A DNA stretch of 64,000 bases, taken from the NCBI GenBank assembly GCA_963668315.1, contig OY764216.1:1856001-1920000 (forward strand), in the 5' to 3' direction. Of this stretch, positions 30,497 to 40,120 are shown piece by piece (the stretch's first letter is position 1; every line of letters starts with the position of its first letter). The notes beneath the pieces were generated by a model that had not been told where the DNA came from, did not search any database, and was given only the letters and a program-made list of their open reading frames with translations. Made by a program: the position numbers and the translations under genes. The stretch is from Spirochaetia bacterium (GTDB lineage: Bacteria > Spirochaetota > Spirochaetia > DSM-2461).

Positions 30497-31954
30497 ATGA
30501 ACACGAAACTGGTTTTCCATGTCCTTTCCATCATCGTAGGCATTGTCACGCTTTTCATGGGTCTCACAGCGGGGATCTCCCTTATCTGCGGTGAGCCGGA
30601 AATCGCTCTGGTCTTCCTCAAGACGGTGCTTTTTGTTCTGCCCTTCTGCCTGATTGTTTATTTCACCACCCGCCCGTCCCGTATGAATGCCGTACTGGGA
30701 ACCAAGGATGGGTTCATGCTGGTCTCCCTGGCCTGGCTTTTCGCCTCTCTGGCGGGAGCTCTGCCCTATGTGATCTCCGGGGCCATTCCCACTTATACGG
30801 AAGCATTTTTCGAGACCATGTCGGGCTTCACCACGACGGGAGCCTCCATTCTGACGGCTATAGAGCCGCTGCCGAGGGGCATCCTCTTCTGGCGTTCTCT
30901 CACCCACTGGCTGGGGGGAATGGGAATCGTGGTGCTGACCGTGGCTCTTCTGCCTCTCCTCGGGGTAGGGGGATTGCAGCTTCTCAAGGCGGAAGCTCCC
31001 GGTCCCTCGGTGGATAAAATTACGCCGAAAATTACGGAGACGGCCAAGATTCTGTGGGCCATCTATGCGGGGATGACCGTTCTGGAGACGGCTCTTCTCA
31101 TGTTCGGGGGTATGTCCTGGTTTGATGCCCTGACCCATACCTTCGGTACCCTGGCCACGGGTGGCTTCTCCACCATGAACGCCAGCGTCGGAGCCTATGA
31201 TTCTCCCTTTATCCACAATGTGATTACCCTTTTTATGGTGATGGCGGGGTTGAATTTCGCCCTCTATTACCGTCTGCTTATCGGGGACTTCAAGAATTTC
31301 TTCAAGGATACGGAGATGAAGATCTATCTGACCATATTTGCCTCCGTCTCCCTTTTCATGGCCCTGAACCTTCTCTCCTCCGGTACCTACGGCAGTTTCG
31401 GCACCTCTCTGCAGTTCTCTGCGTTTCAGGCGGCCAGTATCATAACCACCACGGGCTACGCCACGGCGGATTTTGCCCAGTGGCCGGAATTTTCCAAGAA
31501 CCTTCTCTTCTTTCTCATGTTCATTGGCGGTTGCGCCGGTTCGACGGGAGGGGGTATGAAGGTTGTGCGCCTGACCGTGCTGGTCAAAGTAGGTCTGAAC
31601 GAGATGAGACGATTCATCCATCCCAAGGGAATCTTCCCACTGCGGATCAACGGAGAGGTGGTCAAAAAGGATATTGTCTACTCCATCGCGGGATTCGTCA
31701 TGCTCTATATAGCGATTCTTCTTCTGGTCACTCTCTGCGTCTCCCTCGGCGGGCATGATATCATCACATCCTTTACGACCGCCCTGGCCACGCTGGGAAA
31801 CATAGGCCCCGGTTTCGGAGAAATAGGACCCGCCCTGAACTATCACTTCTATTCGGTTCCCATCAAATGGATACTCAGTTTCGCCATGATGCTGGGACGG
31901 CTGGAAATTTATACGGTCCTCGTCATTCTCACGCCCCTTTTCTGGAAACGCTGA
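30497..31954 (+). CDS. trkH: Trk potassium uptake membrane subunit TrkH
   Basis: SGFTTTG, WLGGMG, ATGGFS, TTTGY, GSTGGG, LGNIGPG, GRLE. Confidence 0.96.
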   Translation: MNTKLVFHVLSIIVGIVTLFMGLTAGISLICGEPEIALVFLKTVLFVLPFCLIVYFTTRPSRMNAVLGTKDGFMLVSLAWLFASLAGALPYVISGAIPTYTEAFFETMSGFTTTGASILTAIEPLPRGILFWRSLTHWLGGMGIVVLTVALLPLLGVGGLQLLKAEAPGPSVDKITPKITETAKILWAIYAGMTVLETALLMFGGMSWFDALTHTFGTLATGGFSTMNASVGAYDSPFIHNVITLFMVMAGLNFALYYRLLIGDFKNFFKDTEMKIYLTIFASVSLFMALNLLSSGTYGSFGTSLQFSAFQAASIITTTGYATADFAQWPEFSKNLLFFLMFIGGCAGSTGGGMKVVRLTVLVKVGLNEMRRFIHPKGIFPLRINGEVVKKDIVYSIAGFVMLYIAILLLVTLCVSLGGHDIITSFTTALATLGNIGPGFGEIGPALNYHFYSVPIKWILSFAMMLGRLEIYTVLVILTPLFWKR

Positions 31955-32002
31955 TTTTCAAGGCTGAGTGCCTCTTCCTCCCGACCGGAGAAAAGGTCGA
32001 AT

Positions 32003-34195
32003 CTATAATCCGGCGAGCCTGGTGAGAACTCTGCGGATCTCCTCGGGATCCTTGACATAGTGGCCCGCCTGGGTCTCTCCCTTTCCCACTTTGATTGTGT
32101 AGTCGTCCTTTCTGTACAGAAGGGAGAAAAGATCCTCGTCGGTCATATCATCGCCGGCGGCCAGGATAAAGTCGTAATTCCGGTCGGAGAGGAGCATCCC
32201 CGCGGCCCGTCCCTTATTTACGGTCGTATCCTTTATTTCCAATACCTTTTTCCCTTCCAGGAGTCCTATGTTGCCCATGGTCGTCAAGGCGATGAGGGCG
32301 TCTTTAAGTTCCGAAAGCCGGATATTGGCCAGCTCCGGCTCACATCGGCGGTAGTGCCAGGCAAGGGAAAATTCCTTCTCTTCAATCAGGCTTCCCGGAG
32401 TACGGTCCATCGTCATTTCGAGCAGAGGACGAATCTCTTTTTTCCAGCTGTTGTCTATCATCTCTGTCTGATGCCAGAGGGCGCTCTTTTTCTCTTTGAT
32501 CCAGAGCCCGTGGCTGGCCACCAGATCCACCGGCAGGGTTCCCAGCCACTCTTCCAGGGTATTCTTATCCCGGCCGCTGATGATGACGACTCTGTTCTTC
32601 TCGCTTTTGGCTATATCCTGTAAGAGGGCAAGGAGTTCCCCATCGGGACGGGCCATCTCCGGTTTCGGCTGAAAGCCCACCAGGGTTCCGTCGTAATCCA
32701 GGAAGAGAATGCGTTTTTCCGCCTTTTCGTAGCGGTCGCAGAGACGATTTTCCTCTTTTTTATTCAAAGGAATGACCTTGTTATCCTCAACTCTTTGAAT
32801 CTGCAGGTCCAGTTTTTCCAGAAAATCTTCGGCCCAGTAGTGAATATTATACCTTTTGAGTCTCTCGTGCATAATGGAGTTTCTTTTTATCATCTCCTCC
32901 CGGGGCATTTCCAGAGCGGTTTTTATCCCTTCGGCCATCTCTTTGGAGTTATTGGAATTGACAATGACCGCTTCTCCCAGTTCATGGGCGGCTCCTGCCG
33001 TTTCGCTCAGGACAAGCATGCCCAGCCTGTCCGTCCGGGCCGAAATAAACTCCTTGGCCACAAGATTCATCCCGTCCCGTAAGGGAGTTACCAGCATGAC
33101 ATCGGTGGATTTATAAAGATCGATAAGGGTGTCCTGAGGGAAGGACCGGTAGAAAAACTGTATGGGAACCCACCCCAGCGTCCCATGCCTTCCATTTGTT
33201 TCGCTCACCAGTTCCTGAATCTCTTTCAGAAGGTCCACATAATTCTCCACCTGAGTTCTGGAAGGCGCAATAATGAGAATGTAGCTCACCCTTTCCTTAT
33301 ATTCGGGATATTTTTCCAGGAAAAGGGAGAAGGCCTTGATCCTTTCGGGAATGCCCTTGGTGAAATCGAGGCGGTCCACGGAAAAGATGATTTTCCCTTC
33401 CCCATTGCCGCATACTTTCTCCACATCGATTTTCTCATGGCCCGGAGAAGGAACGGCGCTGGAGAAATACTCATAATCAATTCCCATGGGAAATACATCG
33501 GTCCTTATTGTTCGGTGGTGGTATCTGATGAAGTTCATCTCATGCTCACAGCCGAGCAGGCGGCGTGAGCTGGAGAGAAAATGTCTTGTATAATCATAGG
33601 TGTGGAAACCCACCAGATCGGCGCCGAGTATGCCTTCCAGAATCTCCATGCGCCAGGGCAGCAGACGGAAAATCTCAAAGGAGGGAAAGGGAATATGGAG
33701 AAAAAAGCCAATGGCGGCCTTAGGGTACAGCTCCCTTATCATGCCGGGGAGAAGCATGAGCTGATAATCGTGGATCCAGATAGTGTCATCCGGTTCCATG
33801 ATCTCCTTGAGTGATTCCAGGAACTTCCGGTTCACCTTGACGTAGCTTTCCCACTGTTTTTCATCAAAGGTCGTCAGGTTGGGAAAGTAGTGAAACAGAG
33901 GCCACAGGGTGGAATTGCTGAATCCCTGGTAGTAGAGATCGAGATCCTCGCCGCTGAGGTATACGGGCTGGTAGCGGAAATCCTTCATGAGCTTCCGGGA
34001 CAACTCCTCTTCCTTTCCCTCCAGTTCTTCCGTTTTCAGCCCGCACCAGCCCATCCAGATATTTTCACTGTCCCTGTGGAATGCCTTGAGCCCCGTGGCA
34101 AGGCCTCCTATGCTCTCCTTGAGGGCAAATCCCTCCTTATCGGTTTTCTCAATCCGGATCGGCAGTCTGTTTGAAATAAAAATTTTTTTTCCCAT
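32003..34195 (-). CDS. Bifunctional trehalose-6-phosphate synthase/phosphatase (OtsA-OtsB fusion)
   Basis: SNRLP, GGLA, WIHDYQL, FLHIPFP, DGMNLVAKE, then HAD domain DYDGTL...GDDMTDED. Confidence 0.96.
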   Translation of the reverse strand: MGKKIFISNRLPIRIEKTDKEGFALKESIGGLATGLKAFHRDSENIWMGWCGLKTEELEGKEEELSRKLMKDFRYQPVYLSGEDLDLYYQGFSNSTLWPLFHYFPNLTTFDEKQWESYVKVNRKFLESLKEIMEPDDTIWIHDYQLMLLPGMIRELYPKAAIGFFLHIPFPSFEIFRLLPWRMEILEGILGADLVGFHTYDYTRHFLSSSRRLLGCEHEMNFIRYHHRTIRTDVFPMGIDYEYFSSAVPSPGHEKIDVEKVCGNGEGKIIFSVDRLDFTKGIPERIKAFSLFLEKYPEYKERVSYILIIAPSRTQVENYVDLLKEIQELVSETNGRHGTLGWVPIQFFYRSFPQDTLIDLYKSTDVMLVTPLRDGMNLVAKEFISARTDRLGMLVLSETAGAAHELGEAVIVNSNNSKEMAEGIKTALEMPREEMIKRNSIMHERLKRYNIHYWAEDFLEKLDLQIQRVEDNKVIPLNKKEENRLCDRYEKAEKRILFLDYDGTLVGFQPKPEMARPDGELLALLQDIAKSEKNRVVIISGRDKNTLEEWLGTLPVDLVASHGLWIKEKKSALWHQTEMIDNSWKKEIRPLLEMTMDRTPGSLIEEKEFSLAWHYRRCEPELANIRLSELKDALIALTTMGNIGLLEGKKVLEIKDTTVNKGRAAGMLLSDRNYDFILAAGDDMTDEDLFSLLYRKDDYTIKVGKGETQAGHYVKDPEEIRRVLTRLAGL

Positions 34196-34366
34196 AATAT
34201 ATTGAAACTCCTGAATAATAATTAGTACTGTAAATAAAAAGTATATCTATAAAATACAAAAAATGGGGAAATATGTCAAATGACGCTTAGAATGAAGAAA
34301 AAAGTCCTATAGAAGAACATTATAATTTAGTAGACTAACTAAAAAAGAAAAATGGGAGAAAACCTT

Positions 34367-35197
34367 TCAGTTCTGCCTATTCATTTCCCGGCTGAGTTCC
34401 CGGAAAAGTTCGCTGCGGCTGTTGATCCCTGTTTTCTTATACAGATTCTTGACGTGGCTCTTGATCGTATCCAGGGAAACGAACAGATCCTCTCCTATGG
34501 CGCGGTATGTCTTCCCCTTGAGGAGCTCCCGCAAGACTTCCGTTTCCCTTTTGCTCAAACCGTATTTTTCGCTAAGGGAATCGAGGTTTTCAAAGAGGGG
34601 TTTGTTTTTTTTCCGGATCTTCTCATAGTAGTCATTCTGGTTTTTCAGGATTACCCTGAGGCGGCGGGACTGTTCCAGAAGGGCCAGGGAGAAGATAAGA
34701 AGGATCATGGTTCTGAAGAGCTGAGGCCCCAGTTCCTGCAGAATCAGTTTTGCTGTCAGCTCTGGATTGAATCCGAGGGATATCAGAAAAGCTGTGTTAT
34801 AGAGGAGTATGTTGAGTACCGTAGAGAGGACGAGCATGATGTCGTCGCATCGGAGATAGGCGAAATAGATGATAAGGGGGTAGAGGAACAGCAGGGGGGA
34901 CTGGCTCAAAAGACCGGGCCTCTCCCATTCTCCCGCAAAGAGAACGCCGGTCAGTATGAGAGAGTCGAATATGACGGACAGGCCGGAGAGAAGGGGAAGG
35001 TATCTGACCCTCTGCACCCAGAAAAGGGAGCCCGCGTAGAGAGCCAGAACTCCCAGGGTTATCCATTCCGAGGATGAACCGGCATGACCCATGATCTGGA
35101 TCATGAGAGGGATGAGGAGGCTCAGACGTATGAGGGAGGCCAGAAGATCTCCCCGGCGCATTTCCCTCCTGTGGAGGAAGGTATAAAGGTCGGTCAT
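34367..35197 (-). CDS. Membrane-integral LuxR-type HTH regulator
   Basis: About 6 TM helices followed by LSKRETEVL...IGEDLFVSLDTIKSHVKNLYKK. Confidence 0.88.
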   Translation of the reverse strand: MTDLYTFLHRREMRRGDLLASLIRLSLLIPLMIQIMGHAGSSSEWITLGVLALYAGSLFWVQRVRYLPLLSGLSVIFDSLILTGVLFAGEWERPGLLSQSPLLFLYPLIIYFAYLRCDDIMLVLSTVLNILLYNTAFLISLGFNPELTAKLILQELGPQLFRTMILLIFSLALLEQSRRLRVILKNQNDYYEKIRKKNKPLFENLDSLSEKYGLSKRETEVLRELLKGKTYRAIGEDLFVSLDTIKSHVKNLYKKTGINSRSELFRELSREMNRQN

Positions 35198-35204
35198 GAT
35201 TCTG

Positions 35205-35519
35205 CTAGTCGATGAACTTTATGGCTGTTCCGTAGACAATCACTTCGGCAGCTCCCTGCATGACCGAGCTGGAAGAGTAACGTATGGAGACGACTCCGTC
35301 GGCATCCATTTTTTCCGCTTCCTCCACCATCCTTTTGGTAGCCAGCGCCCGGGCCTGATTAAGCATCTCTGCATAGGCGGTCAATTCTCCTCCCACCAGG
35401 GTTTTCAGACCGCTCATGATATCTTTTCCCAAATGGCGCGACTGCACAGTCGAACCCTTGACGATACCCAGAGTTTTAAGTTTTCTGTCATCGATAAAAT
35501 CAGTATTGACTAAGATCAT
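35205..35519 (-). CDS. YbjQ (UPF0145) family protein
   Basis: LGIVKG, GLKTLVGGE...Y, YGTA; GAGGAGG RBS. Confidence 0.92.
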   Translation of the reverse strand: MILVNTDFIDDRKLKTLGIVKGSTVQSRHLGKDIMSGLKTLVGGELTAYAEMLNQARALATKRMVEEAEKMDADGVVSIRYSSSSVMQGAAEVIVYGTAIKFID

Positions 35520-35754
35520 CATCGTCCTCCTCATCTATTTCCTTCTGTCTCTTCACCGCTACCACCACCATCATGACAATGATGGGGCAGAGTATCAGAA
35601 GCAGGATACCCAGAAGCCAGACCTTGACAATTCCCGGGGCATCTCCGTCTGTGGAGATCCCCCAGACAACCGTGGCCATATACCCCGTGACGACGATAAG
35701 AAAGAGAGCCGTTATTATCATGACAACGATTTTCTGCTTTTTTTTCTTTTCCAT
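35500..35754 (-). CDS. Small two-TM membrane protein coupled to ybjQ
   Basis: MEKKKKQK, two hydrophobic helices, acidic tail EIDEEDDDDLSQY overlapping the ybjQ start. Confidence 0.75.
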   Translation of the reverse strand: MEKKKKQKIVVMIITALFLIVVTGYMATVVWGISTDGDAPGIVKVWLLGILLLILCPIIVMMVVVAVKRQKEIDEEDDDDLSQY

Positions 35755-35948
35755 GACCCTTTCCTGTCCGGTTATCCCGTATATGGTAGAATAATAACCC
35801 TCCTCTTTCGGGAAAACAATCACCCCTTTGTGTGAAACCCGGGGTATTTTCGGGGAATCGGGATAAAAATACCGGGAAAAAAGGTGATATTCCCTGCTGT
35901 CGGGGAAAAAGGAACAGCTGTAACATGTTGTCAGGGAGGTGACTATTC

Positions 35949-36290
35949 ATGGAGAAAACGTTATATCCTGAGCAGGGGGAATTTGATTTTGCCCGCCCCG
36001 TGGCAGACGGTTATTTTGAGAGTAAGGAAGGTCTTATCTTCTCCCTCCTCAGGGAAGCCTGTCCGCGGGACATGATCACATTCCGCATGGCCAAGGGGCG
36101 CAGGCAGTTTAAAATCAGGGAGTCCACAGGGCAGACCTATCAGCTGTATTTCACCGAGCCTTTCCTCTATTCCCGAAGCCCTTCGGAGATAAGGGAGCAT
36201 ATTCTATTTAATCTGGAATACATGAAAAAGGTGGAAAATTCTTCCCGGGCTCTTTTCGGACGAGGGTGCGTCAAGATCAGGGATCTGTGA
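35949..36290 (+). CDS. Hypothetical protein
   Basis: GGAGGT RBS, 113 aa, no recognised motif. Confidence 0.6.
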   Translation: MEKTLYPEQGEFDFARPVADGYFESKEGLIFSLLREACPRDMITFRMAKGRRQFKIRESTGQTYQLYFTEPFLYSRSPSEIREHILFNLEYMKKVENSSRALFGRGCVKIRDL

Positions 36291-36353
36291 ATGATGATTT
36301 AAAAAATACGATTTCTTCTTTCGTTTTTATCCGATTGGTATTATTATTTAGAC

Positions 36354-38036
36354 ATGAGTGCAAAACAGTTTGATCCGTTACTTTATATTGAACCTTACCG
36401 CGGTAAGGGTTTTACGGGGGAGTGGCCAACGCTTCCGGAGATGATTGATATAACCGTAGATAAATTCTCTTCCAAGACCGCCTTCAGGGCGTTCACTCCC
36501 GAGGAAAGAGCCTTTACCTATGGGGAACTGCAGGCCTACTGCCGGCAGATAGCCGCTTTTCTCTGTGAGAAAGGGATCGAAAAGGGAGATGCCGTCGGTG
36601 TTACCGGCAAAAACAGTCCCGAGTGGGGCATCGCCTATCTGGCCGTTCTCTATGCGGGGGCCGTTGTTGTTCCGATCGATTACTCCCTGACCAGAGACGA
36701 GGCTTCCGGCCTGCTGGCCAGAGCAAAGGTCAAGGCACTCTTCGCCGACAAGGAAGTCCTGGATTATTACCGGGAGGAGCACGGCAGCGAGTATGAGGTG
36801 TACAGCCTTGTTCCCGGGAAAGAGGGTTTTCTTCTTGACCTTAAAGCAAAGGGCGAAGTCATACCCGCTCTGCCCGAGGAGAACGATCTGGCGGCGATTC
36901 TTTTCACATCGGGAACGACGGGCGTGGCCAAGGGCGTCATGCTTACCCACAAGAATTTCGTCAGCGACTGTTATCTGGCCCAGGGGAACATGAATATATT
37001 CGATACGGACGTTTTCTACGCCCTCCTGCCGCTGCATCACTCCTATACGATGCTGGCCGTTTTCATCGAGGGGCTCTCGGTGGGTTCGGAGATCATCTTC
37101 GGCAGTTCCCTGGTGGTAAGCCAGCTTCTCAAGGAGCTGAAAGCCGGAAAGGTAACCATGTTTCTGGGCGTTCCCATGCTGTTCAACAAGATCATCAAGA
37201 GTCTTATGAAGGGGATCAGGGAGAAGGGTATCCTCGTGTACGGTGTCATCAAATTCCTGATGTTCATCAGCGGAACAATAAAGAAACTGACCGGCGCCAA
37301 TGCGGGAAAGGTCATGTTCGGAGGTATCCTCGATAAGGTTTCCCTGAGGACGAACCGTATCTGCATCTCGGGAGGCGGCCCCCTGCCGGCTTCCACTTTC
37401 AGAATGTATAACCAGCTGGGAATAGACTTTGTGCAGGGTTACGGCCTTACGGAAACATCGCCCATCCTCTGTTTGAACCCCACCTACGCCTTCAATGTCA
37501 ATTCGGTGGGAAAAATCATCCCCCAGGTGGAGGGGAAGATATACGAGCCCGATGCCGACGGGGTAGGGGAGTTCTGCGTGAAAGGCTCCATGGTCATGCA
37601 GGGGTATTTCGAAGATGAGGAAGCCACGGCCAATGTGATTGACGGGGACGGCTGGTTTCATACGGGAGACATGGGATATCTGGACAACCGAAATTACCTT
37701 TATCTGACGGGACGGGCCAAATCCCTTATCGTCACCGAGGGGGGCAAGAATGTATTCCCCGAGGAGATAGAGGACAAATTTCAGCTATACGATGAGATCG
37801 AGCAGATCCTCATTCGCGGATATGTTCTGGACAAGAAAATGAAAACCGAGGGCATAGAAGCCCTTATCTATCCCGTACAGGATTCCTCCATGGATACTTC
37901 CGAAGAGAGGATGAACGCTATCATCAGCGAAGTAAACCGCGAACTCAAGAGTTATCAGAAGATTGCCCGGGTCACGGTTCTCGATGAGCCGATGGAGATG
38001 ACATCCACCAGAAAAATCAAGCGTTTCACCGTCTGA
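36354..38036 (+). CDS. Long-chain acyl-CoA synthetase (AMP-binding enzyme)
   Basis: FTSGTTGVAKG, QGYGLTE, FHTGD, GRAK, PEEIE. Confidence 0.92.
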   Translation: MSAKQFDPLLYIEPYRGKGFTGEWPTLPEMIDITVDKFSSKTAFRAFTPEERAFTYGELQAYCRQIAAFLCEKGIEKGDAVGVTGKNSPEWGIAYLAVLYAGAVVVPIDYSLTRDEASGLLARAKVKALFADKEVLDYYREEHGSEYEVYSLVPGKEGFLLDLKAKGEVIPALPEENDLAAILFTSGTTGVAKGVMLTHKNFVSDCYLAQGNMNIFDTDVFYALLPLHHSYTMLAVFIEGLSVGSEIIFGSSLVVSQLLKELKAGKVTMFLGVPMLFNKIIKSLMKGIREKGILVYGVIKFLMFISGTIKKLTGANAGKVMFGGILDKVSLRTNRICISGGGPLPASTFRMYNQLGIDFVQGYGLTETSPILCLNPTYAFNVNSVGKIIPQVEGKIYEPDADGVGEFCVKGSMVMQGYFEDEEATANVIDGDGWFHTGDMGYLDNRNYLYLTGRAKSLIVTEGGKNVFPEEIEDKFQLYDEIEQILIRGYVLDKKMKTEGIEALIYPVQDSSMDTSEERMNAIISEVNRELKSYQKIARVTVLDEPMEMTSTRKIKRFTV

Positions 38037-38061
38037 TACTTCTGCCGGATCGGAAATCTCC

Positions 38062-39132
38062 CTACTGTTCCTCCCGGATCGTCTGTTCAATCACACAGTA
38101 CCAGTGTGTGGCGTATGTTTCGAATCCGGGGGAATAGCCGTAGGCGATAAGGTCGAATCCCTTGTCCTTCTCTATAATGTCATAGCCTGATCTGCGGGAG
38201 GTGAGTATTCCCTCAAGGTTGGGCATTGAGATTTTGCCGCCTTCCGTCTCGGGGGATGTCGAAGTGAGAACGATCCCCTCTTCATCTATAATGCTGATCT
38301 TCGTAGGGATATGGTGATCTTCAATATCTTCCTTCAGGTCAAGACGGCAGATTCTCCCCAGTACGGCATCGACTAATCCTTTCCAGTTGAAGAATATACC
38401 CAGAACTCCCAGAGGAGGGGCTGCCGCTTCCGGTCTGTCGACACGGCATCCGTAGACGAGAACTTTCGCCTTATTGACAAGGGAGCTTTCATGGGTTGAC
38501 TGGAAGGAGTACTCCGTCCCATCCTTTTGATTAAGGGCTGTCTTGTACCAGTCCGACGGGGGAAGCTGTCTTCCCTTTACGCTATGGAGCGCGGGCCGTC
38601 CATTGGCGACAATACGGCCTTCGGCATTAATCAGAAAAAGGTCCAGATAGACGGTGTAGGAGTCGAGGATGACTCCCAGACGGCGGGAGGCGTAATCCTC
38701 CTTCTCTTCGCTTTTCTCATTCAGGGCTTCCACCAGGGAGGGATCGGTGGCCCACCATCTGACGTCGCAGGTCCGTTCGTAAAGGTTTCTGTCGATGACG
38801 TCCATGATGGAGAGGGCTGTCTGGGAGAGCCTCTGTCCCCGCACCTGTTTAGCCATCCCGTCGCTGATGGCTATCAGGCTTTGTACCTGCTCGCTGATTT
38901 TTTCCTGCATCTGGACGGAGATTTCGGCTATCTCATCATTCAGTTTGCTGAATTCGTTGGCCACAATACGAAAGCCGACCCCTTCCTTGCCGCTGCGGGC
39001 CGCTTCTATTCTTCCGTTAATGGCGATGACTCCGGTTCTTTCAGAGAGATCCCTGATATCATAGATGGAGGTGTTCAGGCTGGATTTAATGGATGAAGCA
39101 ATTTGTCCGATATATTCAGGTTTGTAATTCAT
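38062..39132 (-). CDS. Soluble chemoreceptor-like protein: N-terminal MCP signalling hairpin plus C-terminal Cache-like domain
   Basis: VIAINGRIEAARSGKEGVGFRIVANE resembles the MCP tip; followed by RNLYERTCDVRWWATD, YLDL, LGVLGIFFNW; no TM. Confidence 0.75.
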   Translation of the reverse strand: MNYKPEYIGQIASSIKSSLNTSIYDIRDLSERTGVIAINGRIEAARSGKEGVGFRIVANEFSKLNDEIAEISVQMQEKISEQVQSLIAISDGMAKQVRGQRLSQTALSIMDVIDRNLYERTCDVRWWATDPSLVEALNEKSEEKEDYASRRLGVILDSYTVYLDLFLINAEGRIVANGRPALHSVKGRQLPPSDWYKTALNQKDGTEYSFQSTHESSLVNKAKVLVYGCRVDRPEAAAPPLGVLGIFFNWKGLVDAVLGRICRLDLKEDIEDHHIPTKISIIDEEGIVLTSTSPETEGGKISMPNLEGILTSRRSGYDIIEKDKGFDLIAYGYSPGFETYATHWYCVIEQTIREEQ

Positions 39133-39425
39133 ACTTTTCTTTTCGGCTCGAAGGGAAGATAAATTTATGGAAATATTTTCTAATTCCTTTTTGTATATAC
39201 ATATATGTATAAAGTAATTGTACCGTAAAGTATTTTTTTCCAATAAGTAGAAAAAGAATGCCGCCGGAGTCTGGGAAGCCCCTCTTCCGGGTCCCCCATC
39301 CGCAGGGAGGGGTACCCGGTCTTTGTCTCTATTAATTAGATAAATAAAGGTCAGAAACCTTTACTTTTTCCCGCCTTTTCCTTTATTATAAACGCCATAC
39401 AGAACAAGACCAAAGGAGTAATCCC

Positions 39426-40118
39426 ATGAAGTATACTCACGAAGTAGAAAATATGTGCTGCGTGAAAAGGGGTACAAGCGAAGGCCCCGCTCCCATTCCT
39501 CAGGAAGGGAAATGGACCAAAGCCGCAGAGATCAAAGATATCAACGGCTTTACCCACGGTGTCGGTTGGTGTGCCCCCCAGCAGGGAGCCTGTAAGCTGA
39601 CTTTGAATGTTAAAGAGGGTGTGATTCAGGAAGCCCTGATCGAAACCCTCGGTTGTACCGGTATGACCCACTCCGCCGCCATGGCAAGTGAAGCGATCAT
39701 CGGTAAGACCATTCTGGAAGCCATGAATACCGACCTGGTATGTGACGCCATCAACACGGCCATGAGAGAGCTTTTTCTCCAGATCGTTTACGGCCGTTCA
39801 CAGTCTGCTTTCAGCGAAGACGGTCTTCCCATCGGAGCCGCCATGGAAGACCTGGGCAAGGGACTCCGTTCTGTGACAGGAACCATGTTCTCCACCCTGA
39901 AGAAGGGACCCCGCTACATGGAAATGGCCGAAGGTTATGTAACCAAGATCGCTCTGGACAAGAACGACGAGATCATCGGTTACTCCTTTATCAACTTCGG
40001 TCGTATGATGGATTTCATCAAGAAGGGCGATTCCGCCGATGAAGCTCTGAAAAAAGCAAGCGGTACCTACGGCCGTTTCGCCGATGCGGTTAAAACCATC
40101 GACCCGAGGGAGGAATAA
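39426..40118 (+). CDS. NifU/IscU-like Cys-containing protein associated with GGGtGRT proteins
   Basis: HGVGWCAPQQGAC, GCTGMTHSA, DLVCDA; AGGAG RBS; directly upstream of GGGtGRT. Confidence 0.8.
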   Translation: MKYTHEVENMCCVKRGTSEGPAPIPQEGKWTKAAEIKDINGFTHGVGWCAPQQGACKLTLNVKEGVIQEALIETLGCTGMTHSAAMASEAIIGKTILEAMNTDLVCDAINTAMRELFLQIVYGRSQSAFSEDGLPIGAAMEDLGKGLRSVTGTMFSTLKKGPRYMEMAEGYVTKIALDKNDEIIGYSFINFGRMMDFIKKGDSADEALKKASGTYGRFADAVKTIDPREE

Positions 40119-40120
40119 TC

